A stretch of DNA of 64,000 bases from a virus (taxonomy: Duplodnaviria > Caudoviricetes), in IMG/VR virus record IMGVR_UViG_3300033066_000802, positions 64,001-128,000 of that record; one strand, written 5' to 3'. Below are positions 50,266 to 59,229 of this stretch, one piece after another. A model generated the notes under the pieces. That model saw nothing but the letters and a program-made list of their open reading frames with translations, had not been told where the DNA came from and ran no database searches. The first letter of the stretch is position 1. Each line of letters opens with the position of its first letter. The position numbers were made by a program, and so were the translations under genes.

Positions 50266-53200
50266 TTATATGTTTTCAAACGATACACTTGTCGGTGTAA
50301 TATTGAATTCCAGATCAATAAATTCCAATGCATCAATTGGTTTAAGGTGAATTTTACCTTTCATTGTATTTCTATCAGAATCAGATACTGGATCTAACTT
50401 AATTCTAAAATCACTTAAACCTCTTTCCTTTCTGATATTATCCAATATTGGATTAACTAAAGATAAGAATTGTGACCTTACAGCTGAATCATTAGGATCA
50501 AATAATAATCTATTTGAAACTGATATAATAAGTTTTCTTGCTTGTAATAACAATCTTCTAATATTCAACCTATTAAGCGCACTATCTCTCAATTGTAAGT
50601 TTCTATTACCCCATATTACAGTACCAACATCAGAGAAGGTTGCAATCGGATTAATTCTTGCTGGATATAATAAATCTCTCGATTCCTGATCTAATACAAT
50701 TCTTGTTCTTTTACAGTTAACCAAACCTCTGTTATAACCAGCCGTAGCAAACCAAGGGAATGAAACGTTATCGGTATATGCTAAGTTTCTTACAACTTCA
50801 GCGGTTGGTGGTATCCATAAGTAGGCGTTATTTTCAACATCAGCAATTTGTATCCAAGGGTAGTAAACCGCAGTATAGTTCGAATCCAAATTAAGATTAT
50901 CCATTTGTTCAGATATATCATTTGGAAAATACCAATCATCTGTGTTAGCTGAATTTGTATTGTTATACAAACCTATATCAGGTAATGTTGGTATATAAAT
51001 CGAATCCAATCTTTTTTCTTCAACTATTTCAATTACAGCTTGACATAATTGATTGTTATTAATAACATCAATACCTGGTGTAACTAATATGTTTATATTA
51101 ACTTTTTCAGGATTTTGGAAAGTTTTATAGCCGTATAAGAAAGCGTAATAGTCAGATGAACCAAATGTTTCATCATATTCAGCATTAGCAAATGTAGCAA
51201 AATCACCGTTTACGAAACCTGATTGACCTATTCTATAAAGGTCAGTTGTCGTTCTTGACTCCCTATACATATCCCATGCATCAAAACCACCTGATAATAC
51301 AGCTGTGAACTTTCTTGTTCTGATATCATAATATGGTTCGTCAATATCTGTTGCTAAAACAACAGAATCTGTAAATTGACCAACACCAACTTCGAATAAA
51401 TCAGCATCAGCGTTAACATCCAAGTGGAAACCTTTAGTTTTTTCACCCCATTCATTACCAGTATTATATGTTAAAGTACCTGTAGCATTTACTCTACCTT
51501 GGAACTTAGTTATATCGGTATCAAAACCATAATCAACATCACTGAAACCTAAATATGTTTTTCTTACTTTATCACCAGAGGATACTAAATCAGCACCCAA
51601 TGGATTAGATTGCCATACTTCACCAGGTACAAAATACTTAGTTTTATATGTAATTTCAGGAACACCTAATTCCAAATCAGAATGTGTTTTGAAATTATAA
51701 CCATCAAAACCACATGGTACCGCATCAGATGGTGCATTTTCAGCTATCTCAATTAATATATATGAACTATTTACAGTATATTTATTATCTACAGTACCCA
51801 CCAATCTACCAATAAATCTACTACTTAATTCATTCATTGAACAGTTAGTGTACCTTTCAATAATAACAGGTGTTTTATCCGTATCTTCAAATCTCCTTAC
51901 ATATAAGTCGAATGTCTTTTTAGCTAAATCAACGTTTGCAATTGAAATTTTAATTTCAGTATTAGCGTGATCACCATCAGATATTGATATAACTCTGAAT
52001 AAGTTCTCAGCCACACCACCCCTCAATTCAGAAACAAAGTAAGGTGTTGCTGGTGATTGGAATTGGAATTTAAAATGATCCCATGCTCCAGATTCACCAC
52101 GTGGTATATGTATTAATTCAGGATATAAACCTTTAACATAACCATTTAACCATCCTTTAGCTAAAGCAGAGTTATAAACGTCCTCAACATAAAGATTAGT
52201 TGATTTATCAAAGTTAGTTAAACCTAACACATTTTCAATATAGTTCTTTTTACTCGTATCTAAAGATACGGTATATGTAAATGGTGTTGATGTAATTGTA
52301 GAACCTGTAATTGTGAAATCAGCATATGGGTCACCACCAGTTAAACCTGGAGCTATACCTACAGTTGAACCGCTAACTAAAAATTCTAATTCATCATTAA
52401 CATACAAACCCTTACCTCTTATAGTCGCAACCAATTTATTATGGTATAATGCTACAGGTGAAGCTTCATAATCAACATTATAAAGTATTACCTTACCAGA
52501 TATTGTTGTACCAGTTCCAAGCTCAACTTCATCAGTTGTTAATATGAAAGCTCTTCCGTAATAAGTACCACCTGTATAGGTAAACTCTGTGTTAATATAG
52601 TAATTATCTTGATCTATTGTTGGTAATCCTGATGGATAAACATAAGCATCCCTTGTTAAAGGTGCTGTATTACTATATGTTGATGTATTTTCTGGTGATG
52701 TTGCACCTGATGTAACAAGATCAGTTGTACCTGATGGTATCAAACCCCAATGGAATACATCGTGTTTCCAGAAGTTCTTAGTTGTACCAGTAGCTGTTGT
52801 GTATTTAGTGAAATATGCAGCGTAAGCGTCAGCGAACTTAGTCGTAGCAACGTTTGTTTGTGTTCCAAGCTCTGTTAATAAGTTGGTTGATGTTCCAGAC
52901 ACATAATAAGTTGAGCTATTGGTATTACCAGTAAAGTATACCTCAATAGCTGATGATGTTGTACCTGTTAAAGTATCACGATCAATCGATCCAATTGTTT
53001 TAAGTGCAAAAGCATCACCCTTATCATAACCAGATAAACCAAGAATACGGGTTACGTATAACTGATTTGATTGTGTAAGGTAATTTTTAGCAATATATGA
53101 TAACTCATATTTTACTATTTGTGTATTTCTAAACTTTTCAGGATTAATACCACCAAAAATTGTTGAGAATTGATCATAATTCTTAACAGGAATTGGTTGA

Positions 53201-53325
53201 AACGCAGGACCTTTTACGGTTTCACCCGCTGCACCCAAAGTCGTAACACCCAAAGTTTCGATACTGTATGTTAGATCTTTTTCTGAGGTGTAGACACCTG
53301 GTGACGCATAAACTCTATTAGCCAT
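50266..53325 (-). CDS. Tail sheath protein (T4 gp18-like) with large insertions
   Basis: ASPGVYTSEKD, GETVKGPAF, AVYYPW, PWFATAGYNRG, INPI, IWGNRNL, LNIRRLL, EFIDLEF. Confidence 0.95.
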   Translation of the reverse strand: MANRVYASPGVYTSEKDLTYSIETLGVTTLGAAGETVKGPAFQPIPVKNYDQFSTIFGGINPEKFRNTQIVKYELSYIAKNYLTQSNQLYVTRILGLSGYDKGDAFALKTIGSIDRDTLTGTTSSAIEVYFTGNTNSSTYYVSGTSTNLLTELGTQTNVATTKFADAYAAYFTKYTTATGTTKNFWKHDVFHWGLIPSGTTDLVTSGATSPENTSTYSNTAPLTRDAYVYPSGLPTIDQDNYYINTEFTYTGGTYYGRAFILTTDEVELGTGTTISGKVILYNVDYEASPVALYHNKLVATIRGKGLYVNDELEFLVSGSTVGIAPGLTGGDPYADFTITGSTITSTPFTYTVSLDTSKKNYIENVLGLTNFDKSTNLYVEDVYNSALAKGWLNGYVKGLYPELIHIPRGESGAWDHFKFQFQSPATPYFVSELRGGVAENLFRVISISDGDHANTEIKISIANVDLAKKTFDLYVRRFEDTDKTPVIIERYTNCSMNELSSRFIGRLVGTVDNKYTVNSSYILIEIAENAPSDAVPCGFDGYNFKTHSDLELGVPEITYKTKYFVPGEVWQSNPLGADLVSSGDKVRKTYLGFSDVDYGFDTDITKFQGRVNATGTLTYNTGNEWGEKTKGFHLDVNADADLFEVGVGQFTDSVVLATDIDEPYYDIRTRKFTAVLSGGFDAWDMYRESRTTTDLYRIGQSGFVNGDFATFANAEYDETFGSSDYYAFLYGYKTFQNPEKVNINILVTPGIDVINNNQLCQAVIEIVEEKRLDSIYIPTLPDIGLYNNTNSANTDDWYFPNDISEQMDNLNLDSNYTAVYYPWIQIADVENNAYLWIPPTAEVVRNLAYTDNVSFPWFATAGYNRGLVNCKRTRIVLDQESRDLLYPARINPIATFSDVGTVIWGNRNLQLRDSALNRLNIRRLLLQARKLIISVSNRLLFDPNDSAVRSQFLSLVNPILDNIRKERGLSDFRIKLDPVSDSDRNTMKGKIHLKPIDALEFIDLEFNITPTSVSFENI

Positions 53326-53426
53326 ATTTTGATTTTTTTGTTTTAACTTATTATCTTAAAGATAAATATTAGAAATTTGACCAAAATACTTTACTTTCAT
53401 ATAATAATTTGTACTTTCAGCAAATT

Positions 53427-54194
53427 TTATCCATTTGTAAGGATAATTCGATTTATGGCTGGGACAACTGTAAAGTCATCAGGATCTAAAATAAAACCTT
53501 GTAATATGAAATTATACGTATGAACGTAAAATCTTCTTTGTTGTGAGTCGCTTATTTGGCTTTCATCAGAATCATCTTCCATTAAAATTGGAATATGGTG
53601 ACCATTAACTAATGTATATGCTTGTAAACTTCTAAATTCCTTTATTACTATTTTATTAAATAAATTTAAATCTGTTTGTCTTGTTGTGAATAGACTAACA
53701 TTATAAATAATATCAATAGGTGTTGGCATTGGAATTTTATATAAATCAACACCTTTTCTATTCCCATCCCATGTTGGTACCTCAGAAAAGAAGTAAGATA
53801 GGTTTCCTGGTATGTTGTTTAGTAGATTAACATTTGTACCTGGTCTTGTATTAGGTTGTCTAACAATCGTGAGGAATGGCATCTGGATTGATTTATTTTC
53901 ATCTGTAAATTGCCATGTTTCTGAAAATTCATTCCATTTTTGTAAACTAAGCCAAATATTTGGTAATTTCACATTATCAATTACCGCACTAAGTTTGTCA
54001 TTTACAAATGATTTAAACCCTTTATCCAAATCATAGTGCAATACACCATTCGGTAGATACGTAGATTTATCGATAATTAGATCTTTCATTGCCTCAGCTG
54101 CCGCACTTTTCATATTACCCGATTGAGGGTATTCTGAGTTAGGTGGTAAACCATATGCATTAATATTTTTCTTATATGTTTGTGGTGTAGCCAT
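53427..54194 (-). CDS. Tail terminator / sheath stabiliser (gp15-like)
   Basis: Position between neck gene and sheath; MPFLTIVR...PTPIDIIYNVSL...LQGFI pattern. Confidence 0.65.
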   Translation of the reverse strand: MATPQTYKKNINAYGLPPNSEYPQSGNMKSAAAEAMKDLIIDKSTYLPNGVLHYDLDKGFKSFVNDKLSAVIDNVKLPNIWLSLQKWNEFSETWQFTDENKSIQMPFLTIVRQPNTRPGTNVNLLNNIPGNLSYFFSEVPTWDGNRKGVDLYKIPMPTPIDIIYNVSLFTTRQTDLNLFNKIVIKEFRSLQAYTLVNGHHIPILMEDDSDESQISDSQQRRFYVHTYNFILQGFILDPDDFTVVPAINRIILTNG

Positions 54195-54196
54195 AA

Positions 54197-54718
54197 TTAA
54201 AATCCTTTAAATTGATCACCCTCAACTGTAACACATATTATTTTTTTATAATAAGATTTAAAATTGTTATGTTTTTGTGCCGAGGATGTTATATAATTTG
54301 GGTTTGAAACTGAGAAATATTTAAGTTGTGTTTCAGTTTCAGCATACCCAATAATGTCACCATAATTTATTTCCACACCTTTTTTTTGTAATTCTTTCAA
54401 AAAGACTATAAATTCAAGATTACCAAAATTTTCATATCTTAGTGTACCTTGATTTTTATTATATGTTTCATTTGTTGCTGGGTTAACAGTTAATAAGACA
54501 TTTAATTCTACAGGTGGTAAATAAACAACGTCACTAACCTTGGATTCATTATAAACATCATCATATGTTGTATTTTTACGATCAATCCGATATAAAATAA
54601 CCCTAAAATTAGAATCCTCCTGTATTATATCCTGGGAAATTCCAACATCAAAGTTAAAATCAGCCTCATCATAAAACATTGAAAGTCTGGTATTTGGTAT
54701 TTTATTTTTTCCGTCCAT
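54197..54718 (-). CDS. Neck / head-closure protein (gp14-like)
   Basis: VILYRID...DDVYNES...PPVEL...EINYGDII; position upstream of terminator and sheath. Confidence 0.65.
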   Translation of the reverse strand: MDGKNKIPNTRLSMFYDEADFNFDVGISQDIIQEDSNFRVILYRIDRKNTTYDDVYNESKVSDVVYLPPVELNVLLTVNPATNETYNKNQGTLRYENFGNLEFIVFLKELQKKGVEINYGDIIGYAETETQLKYFSVSNPNYITSSAQKHNNFKSYYKKIICVTVEGDQFKGF

Positions 54719-54748
54719 ATATAATAAATAGTTTGTGTAAGTAATATG

Positions 54749-54779
54749 TTGACTTTATCATTTTTTTTTATTACTATTG
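54749..54779 (+). promoter_or_regulatory. Host-RNAP promoter for the helicase operon
   Basis: TTGACT-N17-TACTATTG, same boxes as the ssb promoter. Confidence 0.65.
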
Positions 54780-54785
54780 TATATT

Positions 54786-55289
54786 ATGGAAGCAGCTCAA
54801 TTTATTGATAGTTTAAGAGAAACAATTGAAATTATGGAACCAATCGAAGGTTTTGACGATTGTATTTCAGAAAAAACCTCTTATAGGTTTGGTGAATATT
54901 GGGTTTTAACATACGATTTTGATAAAATTAGAAAAAAATTAGGAAAGAATTTTACCGAAAACCAAACACTTAATTACATATATAAAAATTTTAATTATAA
55001 AAATAATTGTTTTGTAAAATTCTTTAATAAAATAACACCGAATAAATTATCCAAATTATATGGTAATGATATGTTATATGCTGATGGATTTAAAGATGCT
55101 TTAGTTGGTGTTAGATTTGGTTTTGATGATAATAAAAATATTGCTGTATATGATTACGATTTATGTGTGTCGACTATGATGGAACAGAGTGAAGAAATGG
55201 ACGAAATGGATGCTATTGAATATATGGAGTATAATACAGTAGGTGCTTACGTGGGAGAATATACCCCATGTTTTTTAATGACATTGTAA
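54786..55289 (+). CDS. Phage hypothetical protein with an internally duplicated domain
   Basis: ATG 54786 preferred over the track's TTG at 54777, which lies in the -10/-7 box. Repeats: EGFDDCI...YDFDKI and DGFKDALVG...VYDYDLC...EYMEYNTVGAYVGEYTP. Confidence 0.65.
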   Translation: MEAAQFIDSLRETIEIMEPIEGFDDCISEKTSYRFGEYWVLTYDFDKIRKKLGKNFTENQTLNYIYKNFNYKNNCFVKFFNKITPNKLSKLYGNDMLYADGFKDALVGVRFGFDDNKNIAVYDYDLCVSTMMEQSEEMDEMDAIEYMEYNTVGAYVGEYTPCFLMTL

Positions 55290-58058
55290 ATGGCTAATAA
55301 AATACCAGTTGAAATAAGGGCTAAAGAAATACTATTAAATTATAATGGAACAAACGATTACCTTCTCGAATTAAAGTCGACTTTAATAAACAAAAAGACT
55401 TTACCATTTACTCCAAATCTATGTACCTATATCATTAATAATCACAAAGTTAAGCCAGTAATAATTAATAACAAATTTTTATTACATAAGAGTTTAAGAA
55501 AATATTTACAATTACACTATAAATTACAATTTGAACCAGAATTTATCTACGTCAATAAACTATTGACAAGGAAAAAAGATAATTTACATATTTGGGGATG
55601 TTTTTCAGATGATTGTAAGTATTATTTTTCAATCTTCATTGATAAGAATGCAATGAAGAAGACTAAGAATGTTGAATTACCATCTTTTGATGATTATAAA
55701 AGACCGCCACTACCACACCAATTACCAGCTATAAAAACATTATTAGAAAATGATAAATTTATTCTGGCTGATGATATGGGTTTAGCGAAAACAAGTTCAG
55801 CTATTGTTGCTGCAATTCTTGGAAACTACCAAAGAATTCTTGTTGTATGTCCAGCCACACTTAAACTAAACTGGAAAAAAGAAATATCCATATATGATGA
55901 CCCAAGTAACATATCTGTTATTGAGGGTTCGGATTTTACATTCAAAAAATGGACAATCATAAATTACGATATACTTAAAAACTTCCACTTTTTAAAGGAA
56001 AAGGGTGAGGATGAGGTTAAACCGTCAATAATAGATTTTTATAAATATGACCTTATCATTGCTGATGAGTGTTTTCCATATAAAACTTTAGTGGATACCG
56101 ATAAAGGTAAATTAGAAATTGGTAATATAGTTGAAAACTGTTTAGATGTTAAAATATTATCATATAATTTAAAAAATTCTAAATTAGAATACAAACGAAT
56201 TAATAGATGGATTAAAAAAGAAAGTAACACTATATTAAAAATATCACTTCAAAACGAAAAATTTATAGAGTGTACACCTAATCATAAAATATATGTTAAA
56301 GATAGGGGTTATATTAGAGCAGATAAAATATTAAAAAATGATGAATTATATACATTGCAAAAACCCAGTGACAAAAAATTGTCAATTCTGTGGAAAACAG
56401 ATGATTCTAACAGGGAAACGGAAGAAAAATCGATTCTGCGATACTGTTTGTTCAGCAAAATGGAAAATGAACCAACCAGAGATAAAAAAGAAAATTCACA
56501 ATCCAGAAGTTTACAAAAAAGCAAAAATATCAAATATAGAAAATTACAAGAAAAATCCACAACGTGCAAAAGATTCATCAGATCGTATGAAAAAAAACAA
56601 CCCAATGATGAATATAGAAACGTTGGAGAAAATGAAAAATTCATTGAAAGGGAAAACCTTTTTATCAAGAGGTGGGAACGGAAAAACAACAATACAAGAA
56701 CAAAAAATGAAAAATATTTTGGGTGTTGGCTGGGAACTACATTACGCAATAAAAACATCGATGGTAAAAACAATGTTCAAATCCTTACCGCCAGCATATC
56801 AAGTAGATTTAGGAAACGAAGATTTAAAAATCGCAATAGAGGTGGACGGAAAAACACATCTAACAAAAAAATGGAAATTTCTGGACAAAAGAAAAACGGA
56901 AGTATTAGAAGCGTTAGGGTGGAAAATATTGAGATTTTGGAATCAGGATGTGGACGATCAAATAGAAAATTGTTTGACGAAGATAAACGAGTTTATAACA
57001 TCGAAGTAGCCGATAACCATAATTATTTTGCTGATAATATATTAGTTAGTAATTGTCATTATTTGAAAAACGCTTCAGCTAATCGTACCAAATTATTCAA
57101 CGACTTTGCTTTAAAAATCAATACCAGGTGGCTTTTAACAGGTACACCTATTACAAGTAAACCAATTAATTTATATAATCTTTTATTATTATGTGATTCA
57201 CCTTTGGCTAATAATTGGGTTAGTTATGTTAGAAGGTACTGCGCTGGTAAACAATTCAATAGAAAGGGTACCACCCAAAAATATTGGGTAACTGATGGAG
57301 CAACAAATTTGGAAGAACTAAATGATTATATTAGTGATATATTATTACGTAGGTTAAAAAAAGATTCTGTTGAGTTACCACAAAAAACGGTTAAACCAAT
57401 CTTCTTACCGTTATCCTCATCAAAAAGGTATAATGAATACATGATTGAATACCAGGAATGGTATAATGATATGGTTGAAAATGGTCTTGAGCCAAAACCA
57501 ACGGAACATCTGACCCAACTGATTAAAATCAGACAATTATTATCTGAGGATAAAATGAGTAATACAATTAAGATTGCAGAAGATCTCATTGAAGAAGGTC
57601 ATAAGGTAATCATATTTTCTTGTTTCACCAACACCATACGTGGTATTCATGAGCATTTTGGTAAAGAATCCGTATTGATTGATGGTGCTATAAACTCTAA
57701 AAATAGAGATATTGCTGTGGAAAAGTTCCAGAATGATAAGAAAGTCAAAGTATTTTGTGGTAATCTTATTGCCGCTGGCGCTGGCATTACTTTAACCGAA
57801 GGTACAATTGTAATATTTAATGACCTTGATTGGTTACCAGGAAACCATGCCCAGGCGAGTGATCGAGCCTATAGAATAGGTCAAACAAAAGATGTACATA
57901 TTATATATATGTTGATTGATGACACATTGGATAATATGATGTATACAAGACTTCAAGAGAAAATAAAGGAAATCAATACTGTTATGGGTGATGAACATAC
58001 GGAAGATGTATCACTACTTAATGCTGTGGTTAGTAATTTATTAGTGGAAAGTAAGTAG
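55290..58058 (+). CDS. SNF2-family (SMARCAL1/HARP-like) helicase precursor containing an intein
   Basis: LADDMGLAKT, LVVCPA, IIADE|CH (split by intein), LLTGTP, LRRLK, KVIIFS, GAGITLT, QASDRAYRIGQ. Confidence 0.92.
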   Translation: MANKIPVEIRAKEILLNYNGTNDYLLELKSTLINKKTLPFTPNLCTYIINNHKVKPVIINNKFLLHKSLRKYLQLHYKLQFEPEFIYVNKLLTRKKDNLHIWGCFSDDCKYYFSIFIDKNAMKKTKNVELPSFDDYKRPPLPHQLPAIKTLLENDKFILADDMGLAKTSSAIVAAILGNYQRILVVCPATLKLNWKKEISIYDDPSNISVIEGSDFTFKKWTIINYDILKNFHFLKEKGEDEVKPSIIDFYKYDLIIADECFPYKTLVDTDKGKLEIGNIVENCLDVKILSYNLKNSKLEYKRINRWIKKESNTILKISLQNEKFIECTPNHKIYVKDRGYIRADKILKNDELYTLQKPSDKKLSILWKTDDSNRETEEKSILRYCLFSKMENEPTRDKKENSQSRSLQKSKNIKYRKLQEKSTTCKRFIRSYEKKQPNDEYRNVGENEKFIERENLFIKRWERKNNNTRTKNEKYFGCWLGTTLRNKNIDGKNNVQILTASISSRFRKRRFKNRNRGGRKNTSNKKMEISGQKKNGSIRSVRVENIEILESGCGRSNRKLFDEDKRVYNIEVADNHNYFADNILVSNCHYLKNASANRTKLFNDFALKINTRWLLTGTPITSKPINLYNLLLLCDSPLANNWVSYVRRYCAGKQFNRKGTTQKYWVTDGATNLEELNDYISDILLRRLKKDSVELPQKTVKPIFLPLSSSKRYNEYMIEYQEWYNDMVENGLEPKPTEHLTQLIKIRQLLSEDKMSNTIKIAEDLIEEGHKVIIFSCFTNTIRGIHEHFGKESVLIDGAINSKNRDIAVEKFQNDKKVKVFCGNLIAAGAGITLTEGTIVIFNDLDWLPGNHAQASDRAYRIGQTKDVHIIYMLIDDTLDNMMYTRLQEKIKEINTVMGDEHTEDVSLLNAVVSNLLVESK
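56070..57053 (+). mobile_element. Intein (328 aa) inserted in helicase motif II between DE and CH
   Basis: Block A CFPYKTLV, block B ECTPNHKIY, block F VYNIEVADNHNYF, block G ILVSN followed by +1 Cys; removal restores DECHYLKN. Confidence 0.93.
56338..57009 (+). CDS. Vsr/DUF559-type homing endonuclease nested out of frame (+1) inside the intein
   Basis: 223 aa: CQFCGK...RFCDTVC Zn motif, RMKKNNPM NUMOD-like segment, TIQEQK...YQVDLG...IAIEVDGKTH...DKRK...LGWKILRFWN. Confidence 0.88.
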   Translation: MMNYIHCKNPVTKNCQFCGKQMILTGKRKKNRFCDTVCSAKWKMNQPEIKKKIHNPEVYKKAKISNIENYKKNPQRAKDSSDRMKKNNPMMNIETLEKMKNSLKGKTFLSRGGNGKTTIQEQKMKNILGVGWELHYAIKTSMVKTMFKSLPPAYQVDLGNEDLKIAIEVDGKTHLTKKWKFLDKRKTEVLEALGWKILRFWNQDVDDQIENCLTKINEFITSK

Positions 58059-59138
58059 AACTGATCTAACATCTGGACGCATTGCAGCATCATCACCATC
58101 ATCTGGTGTAACAATTACACTATAGATTTTGTCTTTACCTACAGGTGTTTGCATCATTTCATCATACGTTAATACGGTGTTCAGGTCTAACTTAAATTTT
58201 TCAGCTACCCGTTTCTTTAATGTTGCGAGATCCACAATTTTATTCAGATTTAGATCCGAAAATAACTCTTTTGGTATTACATCAGACGTACTCTGGGTGG
58301 TAAAATCGACTTTATCAGTTTGTTTTTTGTTAGCGCCGTTAGAAAACCTGGCTAATTTAAATTCTGGGTCTGCGGCAACATCGGCAACCTTAGTATACAT
58401 GTAGTCACCAATATTATATCCCTCAGCTGTTAATATACTTATTACATTTTTTGCTATTTGTACATATTTTTTGGTGAAAAAATCACCAGAATCATTCCAT
58501 CTGATGATTACCTTATGTCTAAAACCACTATATGCTTGGTGTTCCCTACATTTAATTCTCAACTCTTTACACATTTGTTCCTGATATTTTTCAGGGAAAT
58601 TAAGTAAGTAGTTTAATCTCCTGGTCATACTATCATATGATCCTGGGTAGTGTATATACTCACCTTTCAAGGCATAACAAAAATTAGCGCAAGCACCCGC
58701 ACCTGGACATGTATTTATATAATAAAATTTCTCCTTATTAAGGTCGTAAGCGATACCTCTAAAAGCTGGGATACCAGTTTTGTAAACAAATTCGTTAGCA
58801 CCACCAGTTTTTAGTATTTTATCGTTTGTATTAACGGTATTTTTAGGCGGTGCTGTGATTCTTTTTATAAATTCTTGAACATCAACAAATTCTTTTTCTT
58901 TAATGAAGAAGGATGATTTTGCATGTATATATGGTTGTGATTTTGGAAATTTATCTCTTTCACCGTAGTTTTTAAAAGCATTTGCTCTGACTGAGTTTAA
59001 ATATTCAACAACGTCTTTAGGGTTTGGACACGTTTTTTGAACATCACTAAAGTCACCTTCCCAATCAATTTCATTTAATTCGGTACCTGAATGTGTCCTA
59101 ATTTTGTTTAATGATTCTATTAACGTGACTTTTTTCAT
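58041..59138 (-). CDS. Gp88-like phage protein (Cys-cluster, radical-SAM-related)
   Basis: TCPGAGACANFCYALKG and IRWNDSGDFF motifs; convergent 18-bp overlap with the helicase gene. Confidence 0.7.
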   Translation of the reverse strand: MKKVTLIESLNKIRTHSGTELNEIDWEGDFSDVQKTCPNPKDVVEYLNSVRANAFKNYGERDKFPKSQPYIHAKSSFFIKEKEFVDVQEFIKRITAPPKNTVNTNDKILKTGGANEFVYKTGIPAFRGIAYDLNKEKFYYINTCPGAGACANFCYALKGEYIHYPGSYDSMTRRLNYLLNFPEKYQEQMCKELRIKCREHQAYSGFRHKVIIRWNDSGDFFTKKYVQIAKNVISILTAEGYNIGDYMYTKVADVAADPEFKLARFSNGANKKQTDKVDFTTQSTSDVIPKELFSDLNLNKIVDLATLKKRVAEKFKLDLNTVLTYDEMMQTPVGKDKIYSVIVTPDDGDDAAMRPDVRSVLLTFH

Positions 59139-59173
59139 ATTTTATTTTTTACTTTTTTCATATTTTATTTTTT
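59128..59173. repeat. Perfect 23-bp tandem duplication covering the start codon of the Gp88-like gene
   Basis: acttttttcatattttatttttt at 59128 and 59151. Confidence 0.9.
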
Positions 59174-59205
59174 ACTTTTGTATACACTGTTCTGCTGTTA
59201 CAAAC

Positions 59206-59221
59206 TATTTATAGATAAATA
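59206..59221. promoter_or_regulatory. Pair of oppositely oriented TATTTAT motifs serving divergent genes
   Basis: tatttat-ag-ataaata between the minus-strand 59138 start and the plus-strand 59230 start. Confidence 0.6.
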
Positions 59222-59229
59222 TTATACAA

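Noticed and set aside
56309-56773. 154-aa antisense ORF making the intein interior look triple-coding
   Set aside because: F/L/S-rich mirror of an A-rich sense strand with no motifs; best explained as a shadow of the two constrained sense frames.
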